Shown here in pieces: positions 39,902 to 56,408 of a DNA stretch of 64,000 bases. The notes under the pieces were generated by a model, which was given only the letters and a program-made list of their open reading frames with translations, did no database searches and was not told the DNA's origin. The DNA is taken from assembly GCA_951406725.2 (NCBI GenBank), contig OX597824.1, positions 25,296,001 through 25,360,000 of the forward strand, in the 5' to 3' direction. The DNA comes from Octopus vulgaris. Its lineage: Eukaryota. Both the position numbers and the translations under genes were made by a program. Each line of letters opens with the position of its first letter. Position 1 is the first letter of the stretch.

Positions 39902-40906
39902 AGTTTAAATCTGCCGGTGTTTTTGTGTAGATTGGTGCAGGCGTAGTGGTAGAGTGATTTTCCATTGCAAGCCACGTTCGGCAAAGGCAAATGTCCTTCA
40001 CTATAGCCTCAGGCCCACCAAGGGTTGTCAGTGGATTTGGTAAAAAGGGAATCAAACAAGCCTGTCGTATATACATACATACATACATACATACATACAT
40101 ACATACATACATACATACATACATACATTCATACATATATATATATATGTGTTTGTGTATATATATTTATATCTACATATATCTATCTGTTCACACACAC
40201 ACACATATAAGCATGTGTGTGTATGTATATAATGTATATACATATGTATATATAACATGGTGGCTGCCCCCTCGTTATCGAGTATGGCCATTGCACGAAG
40301 CTCAATCAATGTTGTTATCGTGCAATGCCTGTGCAAGAAAATTTTTTTAAGTGAGGAAAGGCTGTGCACTGAGTCAATCCCACACACGAAGCAACAGCAG
40401 CCATAATCCGAAAAGAAGAACAAGTCAACATCATCGGTAACCACTGAGCTGCAAGTTTTATGTCGGAGTTATCCCAGTTACCTGAGTTACCTTCTCCTAG
40501 AAGGTTGCCCTAACAAGGGCTAGAAGTCCTTCACTCCCAATGGTTTAACCGCGCGATCGGCTATTCAGTCCGATTATTTCTATGTTCCCGCGCATGATAC
40601 AGCCTTAAGACATTTATTAGATGGCCGTTGACTCTCAAGAGTTCCTCCGCCCTTTGACGGATTTTGTTTTTCATCCCGCAGGGTGTCCAATAAACACCCT
40701 CCTCACCAAGCAAATTTGGTGGGGTTGCCGGTTTAGTCGCCGACGACCCGACCATGCAACAGGTTGTACTGGGTTACATGTTACCAGTAGCACTTGAAAG
40801 TGACCTGACATAACATATATATATATATACATACATTCAGATATGAGTACAGAACGTCACCAACGGTGCAGATACCATGAAATACATAAACAACGAGAAA
40901 GATATG

Positions 40907-40984
<78 letters not shown>

Positions 40985-41256
40985 TGCGTGGCATATGAGC
41001 AAGAGTTTTCTATATATATAGGCCGACCAAATCCTTTTAGTGGATTTGATAGAAATAAAGATGATATATATAAGAATGTTTTTGTGTTTGTACATATCCC
41101 ACATAAAACCGATATATATATTATATATAGCGACTCGCCAAATTTATATATAGAATAAGTTCTTAGGCTTACAATGAATAAGTTGTGGGGTTGATTTTTT
41201 ATAACTGTCTATGTACTGAAAGAAATAATAGAATAAAGATATAAAAGAATGTACAT

Positions 41257-41291
<35 letters not shown>

Positions 41292-41350
41292 AATTTATAT
41301 ATATATATTTTATATATATATATATGTATTTTTATAACTGTCTATGTATG

Positions 41351-41415
<65 letters not shown>

Positions 41416-41437
41416 GCATACACACATATATATATAC

Positions 41438-41493
<56 letters not shown>

Positions 41494-42699
41494 GTATATG
41501 TATATGTTTCTTGAAAGTAGTGGTTTTCTGATTACAACCCTCCCGTGAAATCCGGCTTTGTGCAGCTCCCAGCGAACAGTTTTTGTGGAAACTGTGTTCT
41601 CGAAGTGGTCATTAAGCTCTGCAGTAATTTTGGGAGCTGTACTTTTGTGATCCTTTCTAAAAATTCGCGTAAGAGCTTGACGGTCCGTATCTGAAAGTTT
41701 TGGTTTTCTTCTGGAGTTTTGTTTCAACGAGGAGGTTTTTTTCCTCTTTCTCAAAGGATGTAATTACTTTCGAAACAGTACTTCTTGATACACCAAACAT
41801 ATCAGCTGTTTTCGTTACACTAGCGTCTGCCATACGAGCACGGACAATTTGGCCTCTTTGAAAGTTCGATAGATCCTGTCATTGTAATGAATTTTAATTA
41901 ACTTTTTCTGATGATATCTGAAAAGAAACAGCAACTTTAGCAGAACATGTTAAGCAACACTAATAATAAATATAAAAAAAAACATTAAAATGAACAAGCT
42001 TTTCAAGGCGTTTCCTTTATTTTGTCCAACCCCGATATATGTCATATCAAATCCCACTTCGGTCGTGAATGACCATATGATTCCACCTAGAGAGTTCCTC
42101 TCCGAGGGACAAATCCAAGCAAGGGTGTTTATGGAAGACCTGAAGTCGCCCATGCATATCAGCCTCTCGTCTTCACGTCACCGATGTTATCCGAGAGAAA
42201 GACAAAGACTGATGAAGCTTGACACCTGTGACGTCACAACTCATTTGTTCAGCTGAAGGACCGGGAAATGAACTCTCTACCACATGATTGTGAGCCCGAC
42301 AACAGATACATTCATTCAACCAGTATTGACTGTATACGCACGTGTACGAACATGAAATCGAACATATACATTCAGTATATAATAGCATTAGATAAATATA
42401 TGGCGGCGGCGGTGGCAATCTCCCTTCCTTTTCTCGTGCCTACTGTTTCTGCTGTTTCAAACTCTTGTTGTTCGTGTTGTTGTTGCTTATGTTGCGTGTT
42501 TGTTGATGTGTCCATTGTTGCTTCCTGTTTTAGTGGTTGTCAATGCGGCTGTAGTCGCGTTGTTGTTGTTGTTGTTGTTGTTGTTACTGCTGCTTCATCT
42601 ATTGTTGCCGCGTTAAAATCCCTGGTGCTGGTCAAGCGTTAAGAAAAGCATGTGCATATATGAGTGTACATAATTGTGTATAGGTGTAAGTGAGCGTGA

Positions 42700-42739
<40 letters not shown>

Positions 42740-43036
42740 GTGTGTACAGTTATTAAAGTTATTAAAATGTAACAAATCGTTAGACAGACAGTACCAGTAA
42801 TTAAAAAAGGGCAGCTTTGTTACGCATACTTACATGATGACACGTGTGCCACAATTATTCCGGCCAAGTGTTACATTAGGGGTCAAAGGACCTATAGCAT
42901 ACATGTTCAATTCAATATTAATGAAATGTTTCAGTAGTTCAGCAACTGGAGTACTCACCCGCGCAACCGACGGAGGATCCTCTTACTTAATATTTATTTT
43001 ATATATATATATGTGTGTATTTGTGAATACACAAGT

Positions 43037-43100
<64 letters not shown>

Positions 43101-43842
43101 GTATATTAATACTTACATATGAATATACATACAACTATATATTTGTGTGGATATATGTCTCTCTCTCTCTATATATATATATATACATCTATGATATATA
43201 TATTATATTACATTATATTATATTAAATCATATCATATATATACATATATATATATGTTGATATATATATCCTGATTCTACTTAACAAAGCACTGGTGGT
43301 GCTGCTACGTTCAAAGACCTGGATCTGGTGCAACGTTAAAAATATTGGTTCTGGGGTCGCGACAAAAAGAAAGCGCTACTGCTGCTTCCACGTAAAAAAG
43401 AAAAACACTGGTGCTGATTCCACATTAAAAACACAGGTACTGGTGCCAAGGGAAAATAAAGACACTGGTGCTGATTCTACTTAACAAAGCACTGGTGGTG
43501 CTGCTGCGTTAAAAGCCCTGGTGCTGGTGCAACGGTAAAAGTACTGGTGCTACTGACAAGTAAAAAAGAAAAGCACTGGTGCTGATGCCAGGTAAAAATA
43601 GCACTGGTGCTGGTGCCACTTAAAAAGCACCCATTATACACACAGTAAATTAGTTTGCGTTACGAAGCATCCAGTAGAAGAAAACATGCCAGAACGAACA
43701 AGAGAGCCTAGTAAGGAAACGCGGATTCCAGTGCTTGTCAAGCCATCCAACGCAGGCCAGCCAGAAAGTCGGACGTTAACTGATGAGGATAAAAAGGATG
43801 AAGAAGACGATGATGACGATGGTGATGATAATAATAATGACA

Positions 43843-43922
<80 letters not shown>

Positions 43923-44934
43923 TATAAGTTTAAATCTGCCGGTGTTTTGTGTAGATTGGTGCAGGCGTAGTGGTAGAGTGCTTTTCCATTGCAAGCCACG
44001 TTCGGCAAAGGCAAATGTCCTTCACTATAGCCTCAGGCCCACCAAGGGTTGTCAGTGGATTTGGTAAAAAGGGAATCAAACAAGCCTGTCGTATATACAT
44101 ACATAAATACATACATACATACATACATACATACATACATACATACATACATACATTCATACATATATATATATATGTGTTTGTGTATATATATTTATAT
44201 CTACATATATCTATCTGTTCACACACACACACATATAAGCATGTGTGTGTATGTATATAATGTATATACATATGTATATATAACATGGTGGCTGCCCCCT
44301 CGTTATCGAGTATGGCCATTGCACGAAGCTCAATCAATGTTGTTATCGTGCAATGCCTGTGCAAGAAAATTTTTTTAAGTGAGGAAAGGCTGTGCACTGA
44401 GTCAATCCCACACACGATGCAACAGCAGCCATAATCCGAAAAGAAGAACAAGTCAACATCATCGGTAACCACTGAGCTGCAAGTTTTATGTCGGAGTTAT
44501 CCCAGTTACCTGAGTTACCTTCTCCTAGAAAGTTGCCCTAACAAGGGCTAGAAGTCCTTCACTCCCAATGGTTTAACCGCGCGATCGGCTATTCAGTCCG
44601 ATTATTTCTATGTTCCCGCGCATGATACAGCCTTAAGACATTTATTAGATGGCCGTTGACTCTCAAGAGTTCCTCCGCCCTTTGACGGATTTTGTTTTTC
44701 ATCCCGCAGGGTGTCCAATAAACACCCTCCTCACCAAGCAAATTTGGTGGGGTTGCCGGTTTAGTCGCCGACGACCCGACCATGCAACAGGTTGTACTGG
44801 GTTACATGTTACCAGTAGCACTTGAAAGTGACCTGACATAACATATATATATATACATACATTCAGATATGAGTACAGAACGTCACCAACAGTGCAGATA
44901 CCATGAAATACATAAACAACGAGAAAGATATGGA

Positions 44935-44972
<38 letters not shown>

Positions 44973-44973
44973 G

Positions 44974-45077
<104 letters not shown>

Positions 45078-45471
45078 CGAAGGAGTGTATGTGTGGTAAG
45101 TAGCCTGCTTATCAACCACATGGTTCTGGGTTCAGTCCCACTGCGTGGCATCTTGAGCAAGAGTTTTCTGCTATAGCCTCAGGCCGACCAAATCCTTTTT
45201 AGTGGATTTGATAGACGGAAACTGAAAGAAGGGTGTCGTTGATATATATATGTGTATATGTTTTTGTGTTTGTATTTGTCCTCCCCACCATCGCTTAAAA
45301 ACCGATGTTGGTGTGATTCGGTCCCCGAAACTTAGCGACTCGCCAAAGAGACCGATAGAATAAGTTCTAGGCTTACAATGAATAAGTTGTGGGGTTGATT
45401 TGTTCGTCTAAAGGTGGTTCTCCAACATGACTGAAAGAAATAATAGAATAAAGATATAAAAGAATGTACAT

Positions 45472-45504
<33 letters not shown>

Positions 45505-45595
45505 ATTATATATATATATATTCTATATATATATATATGTATTTTATATAACTGTCTATGTATGTATATATATATATGTATATATATATATATAG

Positions 45596-45635
<40 letters not shown>

Positions 45636-45666
45636 ACGCATACACACATATATATATACATATGTA

Positions 45667-45725
<59 letters not shown>

Positions 45726-46990
45726 GTATATGTATATGTTTCTTGAAAGTAGTGGTTTTCTGATTACAACCCTCCCGTGAAATCCGGCTTTGTGCAGCTC
45801 CCAGCGAACAGTTTTTGTGGAAACTGTGTTCTCGAAGTGGTCATTAAGCTCTGCAGTAATTTTGGGAGCTGTACTTTTGTGATCCTTTCTAAAAATTCGC
45901 GTAAGAGCTCGACGGTCCGTATCTGAAAGTTTTGGTTTTCTTCTGGAGTTTTGTTTCAACGAGGAGGTTTTTTTCCTCTTTCTCAAAGGATGTAATTACT
46001 TTCGAAACAGTACTTCTTGATACACCAAACATATCAGCTGTTTTCGTTACACTAGCGTCTGCCATACGAGCACGGACAATTTGGCCTCTTTGAAAGTTCG
46101 ATAGATCCTGTCATTGTAATGAATTTTAATTAACTTTTTCTGATGATATCTGAAAAGAAACAGCAATTTTAGCAGAACATGTTAAGCAACACTAATAATA
46201 AATATAAAAAAACATAAAAATGAACAAGCTTTTCAAGGTTTTATAGTCATTTCAAAATTATGATTCTATGATGCTAGGCGTTTCCTTTATTTTGTCCAAC
46301 CCCGATATATGTCATATCAAATCCCACTTCGGTCGTGAATGACCATAAGATTCCACCTAGAGAGTTCCTCTCCGAGGGACAAATCCAAGCAAGGGTGTTT
46401 ATGGAAGACCTGAAGTCGCCTATGCATATCAGCCTCTCGTCTTCACGTCACCGATGTTATCCCAGAGAAAGACAAAGACTGATGAAGCTTGACACCTGTG
46501 ACGTCACAACTCATTTGTTCAGCTGAAGGACCGGGAAATGAACTCTCTACCACATGATTGTGAGCCCGACAACAGATACATTCATTCAACCAGTATTGAC
46601 TGTATACGCACGTGTACGAACATGAAATCGAACATATACATTCAGTATATAATAGCATTAGATAAATATATGGCGGCGGCGGTGGTAATCTCCCTTCCTT
46701 TTCTCGTGCCTACTGTTTCTGCTGTTTCAAACTCTTGTTGTTCGTGTTGTTGTTGCTTATGTTGCGTGTTTGTTGATGTGTCCATTGTTGCTTCCTGTTT
46801 TAGTGGTTGTCAATGCGGCTGTAGTCGCGTTGTTGTTGTTGTTGTTGTTGTTGTTACTGCTGCTGCTGGTGCAGCTCCAGCTGCTTCATCTATTGTTGCC
46901 CCGTTAAAATCCCTGGTGCTGGTCAAGCGTTAAGAAAAGCATGTGCATATATGAGTGTACATAATTGTGTATAGGTGTAAGTGAGCGTGA

Positions 46991-47026
<36 letters not shown>

Positions 47027-47323
47027 GTGTGTACAGTTATTAAAGTTATTAAAATGTAACAAATCGTTAGACAGACAGTACCAGTAATTAAAAAAGGGCA
47101 GCTTTGTTACGCATACTTACATGATGACACGTGTGCCACAATTATTCCGGCCAAGTGTTACATTAGGGGTCAAAGGACCTATAGCATACATGTTCAATTC
47201 AATATTAATGAAATGTTTCAGTAGTTCAGCAACTGGAGTACTCACCCGCGCAACCGACGGAGGATCCTCTTACTTAATATTTATTTTATATATATATATG
47301 TGTGTATTTGTGAATACACAAGT

Positions 47324-47396
<73 letters not shown>

Positions 47397-47454
47397 TGTA
47401 TATTAATACTTACATATGAATATACATACAACTATATATTTGTGTGGATATATG

Positions 47455-47486
<32 letters not shown>

Positions 47487-48171
47487 CATCTATAATATAT
47501 ATATTATATTACATTATATTATATTAAATCATATCATATATATACGTATATATATATATGTTGATATATATATCCTGATTCTACTTAACAAAGCACTGGT
47601 GGTGCTGCTACGTTCAAAGACCTGGATCTGGTGCAACGTTAAAAATATTGGTTCTGGGGTCGCGACAAAAAGAAAGCGCTAGTGCTGCTTCCACGTAAAA
47701 AAGAAAAACACTGGTGCTGATTCCACATTAAAAACACAGGTACTGGTGCCAAGGGAAAATAAAGACACTGGTGCTGATTCTACTTAACAAAGTACTGGTG
47801 GTGCTGCTGCGTTAAAAGCCCTGGTGCTGGTGCAACGGTAAAAGTACTGGTGCTACTGACAAGTAAAAAGAAAAACACTGATGTTGATGCCACGTAGAAA
47901 AGCACTGGTGCTGATGCCAGGTAAAAATAGCACTGGTGCTGGTGCCACTTAAAAAGCACCCATTATACACACAGTAAATTAGTTTGCGTTACGAAGCATC
48001 CAGTAGAAGAAAACATGCCAGAACGAACAAGAGAGCCTAGTAAGGAAACGCGGATTCCAGTGCTTGTCAAGCCATCCAACGCAGGCCAGCCAGAAAATCG
48101 GACGTTAACTGATGAGGATAAAAAGGATGAAGAAGACGATGATGACGATGGTGATGATAATAATAATGACA

Positions 48172-48252
<81 letters not shown>

Positions 48253-49265
48253 AGTTTAAATCTGCCGGTGTTTTTGTGTAGATTGGTGCAGGCGTAGTGG
48301 TAGAGTGATTTTCCATTGCAAGCCACGTTCGGCAAAGGCAAATGTCCTTCACTATAGCCTCAGGCCCACCAAGGGTTGTCAGTGGATTTGGTAAAAAGGG
48401 AATCAAACAAGCCTGTATATACATATACATACATACATACATACATACATACATACATACATACATACATACATACATACATACATTCATACATATATAT
48501 ATATATGTGTTTGTGTATATATATTTATATCTACATATATCTATCTGTTCACACACACACACATATAAGCATTTGTGTGTATGTATATAATGTATATACA
48601 TATGTATATATAACATGGTGGCTGCCCCCTCGTTTTCGAGTATGGCCATTGCACGAAGCTCAATCAATGTTGTTATCGTGCAATGCCTGTGCAAGAAAAT
48701 TTTTTTAAGTGAGGAAAGGCTGTGCACTGAGTCAATCCCCCACACGAAGCAACAGCAGCCATAATCCGAAAAGAAGAACAAGTCAACCATATCGGTAACC
48801 ACTGAGCTGCAAGTTTTATGTCGGAGTTATCCCAGTTACCTGAGTTACCTTCTCCTAGAAGGTTGCCCTAACAAGGGCTAGAAGTCCTTCACTCCCAATG
48901 GTTTAACCGCGCGATCGGCTATTCAGTCCGATTATTTCTATGTTCCCGCGCATGATACAGCCTTAAGACATTTATTAGATGGCCGTTGACTCTCAAGAGT
49001 TCCTCCGCCCTTTGACGGATTTTGTTTTTCATCCCGCAGGGTGTCCAATAAACACCCTCCTCACCAAGCAAATTTGGTGGGGTTGCCGGTTTAGTCGCCG
49101 ACGACCCGACCATGCAACAGGTTGTACTGGGTTACATGTTACCAGTAGCACTTGAAAGTGACCTGACATAACATATATATATATATACATACATTCAGAT
49201 ATGAGTACAGAACGTCACCAACGGTGCAGATACCATGAAATACATAAACAACGAGAAAGATATGG

Positions 49266-49390
<125 letters not shown>

Positions 49391-49940
49391 CGAAGGAGTG
49401 TATGTGTGGTAAGTAGCCTGCTTATCAACCACATGGTTCTGGGTTCAGTCCCACTGCGTGGCATCTTGAGCAAGAGTTTTCTGCTATAGCCTCAGGCCGA
49501 CCAAATCCTTTTTAGTGGATTTGATAGACGGAAACTGAAAGAAGGGTGTCGTTGATATATATATGTGTATATGTTTTTGTGTTTGTATTTGTCCTTCCCA
49601 CCATCGCTTAAAAACCGATGTTGGTGTGATTCGGTCCCCGAAACTTAGCGACTCGCCAAAGAGACCGATAGAATAAGTTCTAGGCTTACAATGAATAAGT
49701 TGTGGGGTTGATTTGTTCGTCTAAAGGTGGTTCTCCAACATGACTGAAAGAAATAATAGAATAAAGATATAAAAGAATGTACATATACATACATACATAT
49801 TTATAATATATATTATATATATATATTCATATATATATATATATATATATAAATTTATATATATATATTCTTATATATATATATGTATTTTTATAACTGT
49901 CTATGTATGTATATATATATATGTATATATATATATATAG

Positions 49941-49978
<38 letters not shown>

Positions 49979-50009
49979 ACGCATACACACATATATATAT
50001 ACATATGTA

Positions 50010-50072
<63 letters not shown>

Positions 50073-51298
50073 GTATATGTATATGTTTCTTGAAAGTAGT
50101 GGTTTTCTGATTACAACCCTCCCGTGAAATCCGGCTTTGTGCAGCTCCCAGCGAACAGTTTTTGTGGAAACTGTGTTCTCGAAGTGGTCATTAAGCTCTG
50201 CAGTAATTTTGGGAGCTGTACTTTTGTGATCCTTTCTAAAAATTCGCGTAAGAGCTCGACGGTCCGTATCTGAAAGTTTTGGTTTTCTTCTGGAGTTTTG
50301 TTTCAACGAGGAGGTTTTTTTTCCTCTTTCTCAAAGGATGTAATTACTTTCGAAACAGTACTTCTTGATACACCAAACATATCAGCTGTTTTCGTTACAC
50401 TAGCGTCTGCCATACGAGCACGGACAATTTGGCCTCTTTGAAAGTTCGATAGATCCTGTCATTGTAATGAATTTTAATTAACTTTTTCTGATGATATCTG
50501 AAAAGAAACAGCAACTTTAGCAGAACATGTTAAGCAACACTAATAATAAATATAAAAAAAAACATTAAAATGAACAAGCTTTTCAAGGCGTTTCCTTTAT
50601 TTTGTCCAACCCCGATATATGTCATATCAAATCCCACTTCGGTCGTGAATGACCATATGATTCCACCTAGAGAGTTCCTCTCCGAGGGACAAATCCAAGC
50701 AAGGGTGTTTATGGAAGACCTGAAGTCGCCCATGCATATCAGCCTCTCGTCTTCACGTCACCGATGTTATCCGAGAGAAAGACAAAGACTGATGAAGCTT
50801 GACACCTGTGACGTCACAACTCATTTGTTCAGCTGAAGGACCGGGAAATGAACTCTCTACCACATGATTGTGAGCCCGACAACAGATACATTCATTCAAC
50901 CAGTATTGACTGTATACGCACGTGTACGAACATGAAATCGAACATATACATTCAGTATATAATAGCATTAGATAAATATATGGCGGCGGCGGTGGTAATC
51001 TCCATTCCTTTTCTCGTGCCTACTGTTTCTGCTGTTTCAAACTCTTGTTGTTCGTGTTGTTGTTGCTTATGTTGCGTGTTTGTTGATGTGTCCATTGTTG
51101 CTTCCTGTTTTAGTGGTTGTCAATGCGGCTGTAGTCGCGTTGTTGTTGTTGTTGTTGTTGTTACTGCTGCTGCTGGTGCAGCTCCAGCTGCTTCATCTAT
51201 TGTTGCCGCGTTAAAATCCCTGGTGCTGGTCAAGCGTTAAGAAAAGCATGTGCATATATGAGTGTACATAATTGTGTATAGGTGTAAGTGAGCGTGAA

Positions 51299-51329
<31 letters not shown>

Positions 51330-51626
51330 GTGTGTACAGTTATTAAAGTTATTAAAATGTAACAAATCGTTAGACAGACAGTACCAGTAATTAAAAAAGG
51401 GCAGCTTTGTTACGCATACTTACATGATGACACGTGTGCCACAATTATTCCGGCCAAGTGTTACATTAGGGGTCAAAGGACCTATAGCATACATGTTCAA
51501 TTCAATATTAATGAAATGTTTCAGTAGTTCAGCAACTGGAGTACTCACCCGCGCAACCGACGGAGGATCCTCTTACTTAATATTTATTTTATATATATAT
51601 ATGTGTGTATTTGTGAATACACAAGT

Positions 51627-51666
<40 letters not shown>

Positions 51667-52462
51667 GTATATTAATACTTACATATGAATATACATACAA
51701 CTATATATTTGTGTGGATATATGTCTCTCTCTCTCTATATATATATATACATCTATAATATATATATTATATTACATTATATTATATTAAATCATATCAT
51801 ATATATACATATATATATATGTTGATATATATATCCTGATTCTACTTAACAAAGCAATGGTGGTGCTGCTACGTTCAAAGACCTGGATCTGGTGCAACGT
51901 TAAAAATATTGGTTCTGGGGTCGCGACAAAAAGAAAGCGCTAGTGCTGCTTCCACGTAAAAAAGAAAAACACTGGTGCTGATTACACATTAAAAACACAG
52001 GTACTGGTGCCAAGGGAAAATAAAGACACTGGTGCTGATTCTACTTAACAAAGTACTGGTGGTGCTGCTGCGTTAAAAGCCCTGGTGCTGGTGCAACGGT
52101 AAAAGTACTGGTGCTACTGACAAGTAAAAAGAAAAACACTGATGTTGATGCCACGTAGAAAAGCACTGGTGCTGATGCCAGGTAAAAATAGCACTGGTGC
52201 TGGGGCCACTTAAAAAGCACCCATTATACACACAGTAAATTAGTTTGCGTTACGAAGCATCCAGTAGAAGAAAACATGCCAAAACGGACAAGAGAGCCTA
52301 GTAAGGAAACGCGGATTCCAGTGCTTGTCAAGCCATCCAACGCAGGCCAGCCAGAAAATCGGACGTTAACTGATGAGGATAAAAAGGATGAAGAAGACGA
52401 TGATGACGATGGTGATGATAATAATAATGACAATGATGATGATGAGGATGATGATGATGATG

Positions 52463-52514
<52 letters not shown>

Positions 52515-52519
<5 letters not shown>

Positions 52520-52893
52520 TTATTAGAGACAAAACATTTGAAACAAAGAAAACTCAATCAATACATAAAATTTTAATAAATAGTCAAAACGCCACTACAA
52601 TTGTTTCGTCTTGATCGACAATCTTCGTGGACTCCAATAAGTCAGTTTCATAATTTGAAACTGACTTATTGGAAGTCCACCTGAAGATTGTCGATCAAGA
52701 CCAGAAACAATTGTAGTGGCGGTTTTTTTGACTATTTATTAAAATTTTATGTATTGATTGAGTCTTTCCTTGTTTGTTTTGCAAAATAGTGGTTTTGTCT
52801 CTAATAATATTTTATAATATTTTACTTTAAAATTGGATTTAATCCTGAATCTGATTTTTTCCTGTAAATTTGGATTTATTCCCTAATATTTAT

Positions 52894-52897
<4 letters not shown>
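52515..52897. mobile_element. Fold-back insertion (Penelope terminal-repeat-like) present in only one unit of the tandem array
   Basis: Imperfect arms 52515-52650 and 52656-52812 around loop TAATT. Inserted in a (TA)n tract that is uninterrupted in the other units. Confidence 0.85.
52677..52719 (+). ncRNA. Minimal type I hammerhead ribozyme motif inside a fold-back insertion
   Basis: CCAC-CTGAAGA-TTGTC-gatcaa-GACCA-GAAA-CAATTGTA-GTGG. A damaged inverted copy lies at ~52592-52630. Confidence 0.65.
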
Positions 52898-52952
<55 letters not shown>

Positions 52953-53971
52953 AGTTTAAATCTGCCGGTGTTTTTGTGTAGATTGGTGCAGGCGTAGTGG
53001 TAGAGTGCTTTTCCATTGCAAGCCACGTTCGGCAAAGGCAAATGTCCTTCACTATAGCCTCAGGCCCACCAAGGGTTGTCAGTGGATTTGGTAAAAAGGG
53101 AATCAAACAAGCCTGTCGTATATACATACATACATACATACATACATACATACATACATACATACATACATACATACATACATACATACATACATTCATA
53201 CATATATATATATATGTGTTTGTGTATATATATTTATAGCTACATATATATATCTGTTCACACACACACACATATAAGCATGTGTGTGTATGTATATGAT
53301 GTATATACATATGTATATATAACATGGTGGCTGCCCCCTCGTTATCGAGTATGGCCATTGCACGAAGCTATAACAATGTTGTTATCGTGCAATGCCTGTG
53401 CAAGAAAATTTTTTTAAGTGAGGAAAGGCTGTGCACTGAGTAAATCCCACACACGAAGCAACAGCAGCCATAATCCGAAAAGAAGAACAAGTCAACATCA
53501 TCGGTAACCACTGAGCTGCAAGTTTTATGTCGGAGTTATCCCAGTTACCTGAGTTACCTTCTCCTAGAAGGTTGCCCTAACAAGGGCTAGAAGTCCTTCA
53601 CTCCCAATGGTTTAACCGCGCGATCGGCTATTCAGTCCGATTATTTCTATGTTCCCGCGCATGATACAGCCTTAAGACATTTATTAGATGGCCGTTGACT
53701 CTCAAGAGTTCCTCCGCCCTTTGACGGATTTTGTTTTTCATCCCGCAGGGTGTCCAATAAACACCCTCCTCACCAAGCAAATTTGGTGGGGTTGCCGGTT
53801 TAGTCGACGACGACCCGACCATGCAACAGGTTGTACTGGGTTACATGTTACCAGTAGCACTTGAAAGTGACCTGACATAACATATATATATATACATACA
53901 TTCAGATATGAGTACAGAACGTCACCAACGGTGCAGATACCATGAAATACATAAACAACGAGAAAGATATG

Positions 53972-54129
<158 letters not shown>

Positions 54130-54607
54130 CGAAGGAGTGTATGTGTGGTAAGTAGCCTGCTTATCAACCACATGGTTCTGGGTTCAGTCCACTGCGTGGC
54201 ATCTTGAGCAAGAGTTTTCTGCTATAGCCTCAGGCCGACCAAATCCTTTTTAGTGGATTTGATAGACGGAAACTGAAAGAAGGGTGTCGTTGATATATAT
54301 ATGTGTATATGTTTTTGTGTTTGTATTTGTCCTCCCCACCATCGCTTAAAAACCGATGTCGGTGTGATTCGGTCCCCGAAACTTAGCGACTCGCCAAAGA
54401 GACCGATAGAATAAGTTCTAGGCTTACGATGAATAAGTTGTGGGGTTGATTTGTTCGTCTAAAGGTGGTTCTCCAACATGACTGAAAGAAATAATAGAAT
54501 AAAGATATAAAAGAATATACATATACATACATATATATATATATATATAAATTTATATATATATATTCTTATATATATATATGTATTTTTATAACTGTCT
54601 ATGTATG

Positions 54608-54690
<83 letters not shown>

Positions 54691-54717
54691 ACGCATACAC
54701 ACATATATATATACATA

Positions 54718-54789
<72 letters not shown>

Positions 54790-56011
54790 GTATATGTATA
54801 TGTTTCTTGAAAGTAGTGGTTTTCTGATTACAACCCTCCCGTGAAATCCGGCTTTGTGCAGCTCCCAGCGAACAGTTTTTGTGGAAACTGTGTTCTCGAA
54901 GTGGTCATTAAGCTCTGCAGTCATTTTGGGAGCTGTACTTTTGTGATCTTTTCTAAAAATTCGCGTAAGACCCCGACGGTCCGTATCTGAAAGTTTTGGT
55001 TTTCTTCTGGAGTTTTGTTTCAACGAGGAGGTTTTTTTCCTCTTTCTCAAAGGATGTAATTACTTTCGAAACAGTACTTCTTGATACACCAAACATATCA
55101 GCTGTTTTCGTTACACTAGCGTCTGCCATACGAGCACGGACAATTTGGTCTCTTTGAAAGTTCGATAGATCCTGTCATTGTAATGAATTTTAATTAACTT
55201 TTTCTGATGATATCTGAAAAGAAACAGCAATTTTAGCAGAACATGTTAAGCAACACTAATAATAAATTAAAAAAAACATAAAAATGAACAAGCTTTTCAA
55301 GGCGTTTCCTTTATTTTGTCCAACCCCGATATATGTCATATCAAATCCCACTTCGGTCGTGAATGACCATATGATTCCACCTAGAGAGTTCCTCTCCGAG
55401 GGACAAATCCAAGCAAGGGTGTTTATGGAAGACCTGAAGTCGCTCATGCATATCAGCCTCTCGTCTTCACGTCACCGATGTTATCCGAGAGAAAGACAAA
55501 GTCTGATGAAGCTTGACACCTGTGACGTCACAACTCATTTGTTCAGCTGAAGGACCGGGAAATGAACTCTCTACCACATGATTGTGAGCCCGACAACAGA
55601 TACATTCATTCAACCAGTATTGACTGTATACGCACGTGTACGAACATGAAATCAAACATATACATTCAGTATATTATAGCATTAGATAAATATATGGCGG
55701 CGGCGGTGGCAATCTCCCTTCATCTTCTCGTGCCTATTGTTTCTGCTGTTTCAAACTCTTGTTGTTCGTGTTGTTGTTGCTTATGTGGCGTGTTTGTTGA
55801 TGTGTCCATTGTTGCTTCCTCTTTTAGTGGTTGTCAATGCGGCTGTAGTCGCGTTGTTGTTGTTGTTGTTGTTGTTACTGCTGCTGCTGGTGCAGCTCCA
55901 GCTGCTTCATCTATTGTTGCCGCGTTAAAATCCCTGGTGCTGGTCAAGCGTTAAGAAAAGCATGTGCATATATGAGTGTACATAATTGTGTATAGGTGTA
56001 AGTGAGCGTGA

Positions 56012-56065
<54 letters not shown>

Positions 56066-56362
56066 GTGTGTACAGTTATTAAAGTTATTAAAATGTAACA
56101 AATCGTTAGACAGACAGTACCAGTAATTAAAAAAGGGCAGCTTTGTTACGCATACTTACATGATGACACGTGTGCCACAATTATTCCGGCCAAGTGTTAC
56201 ATTAGGGGTCAAAGGACCTATAGCATACATGTTCAATTCAATATTAATGAAATGTTTCAGTAGTTCAGCAACTGGAGTACTCACCCGCGCAACCGACGGA
56301 GGATCCTCTTACTTAATATTTATTTTATATATATATATGTGTGTATTTGTGAATACACAAGT

Positions 56363-56408
<46 letters not shown>

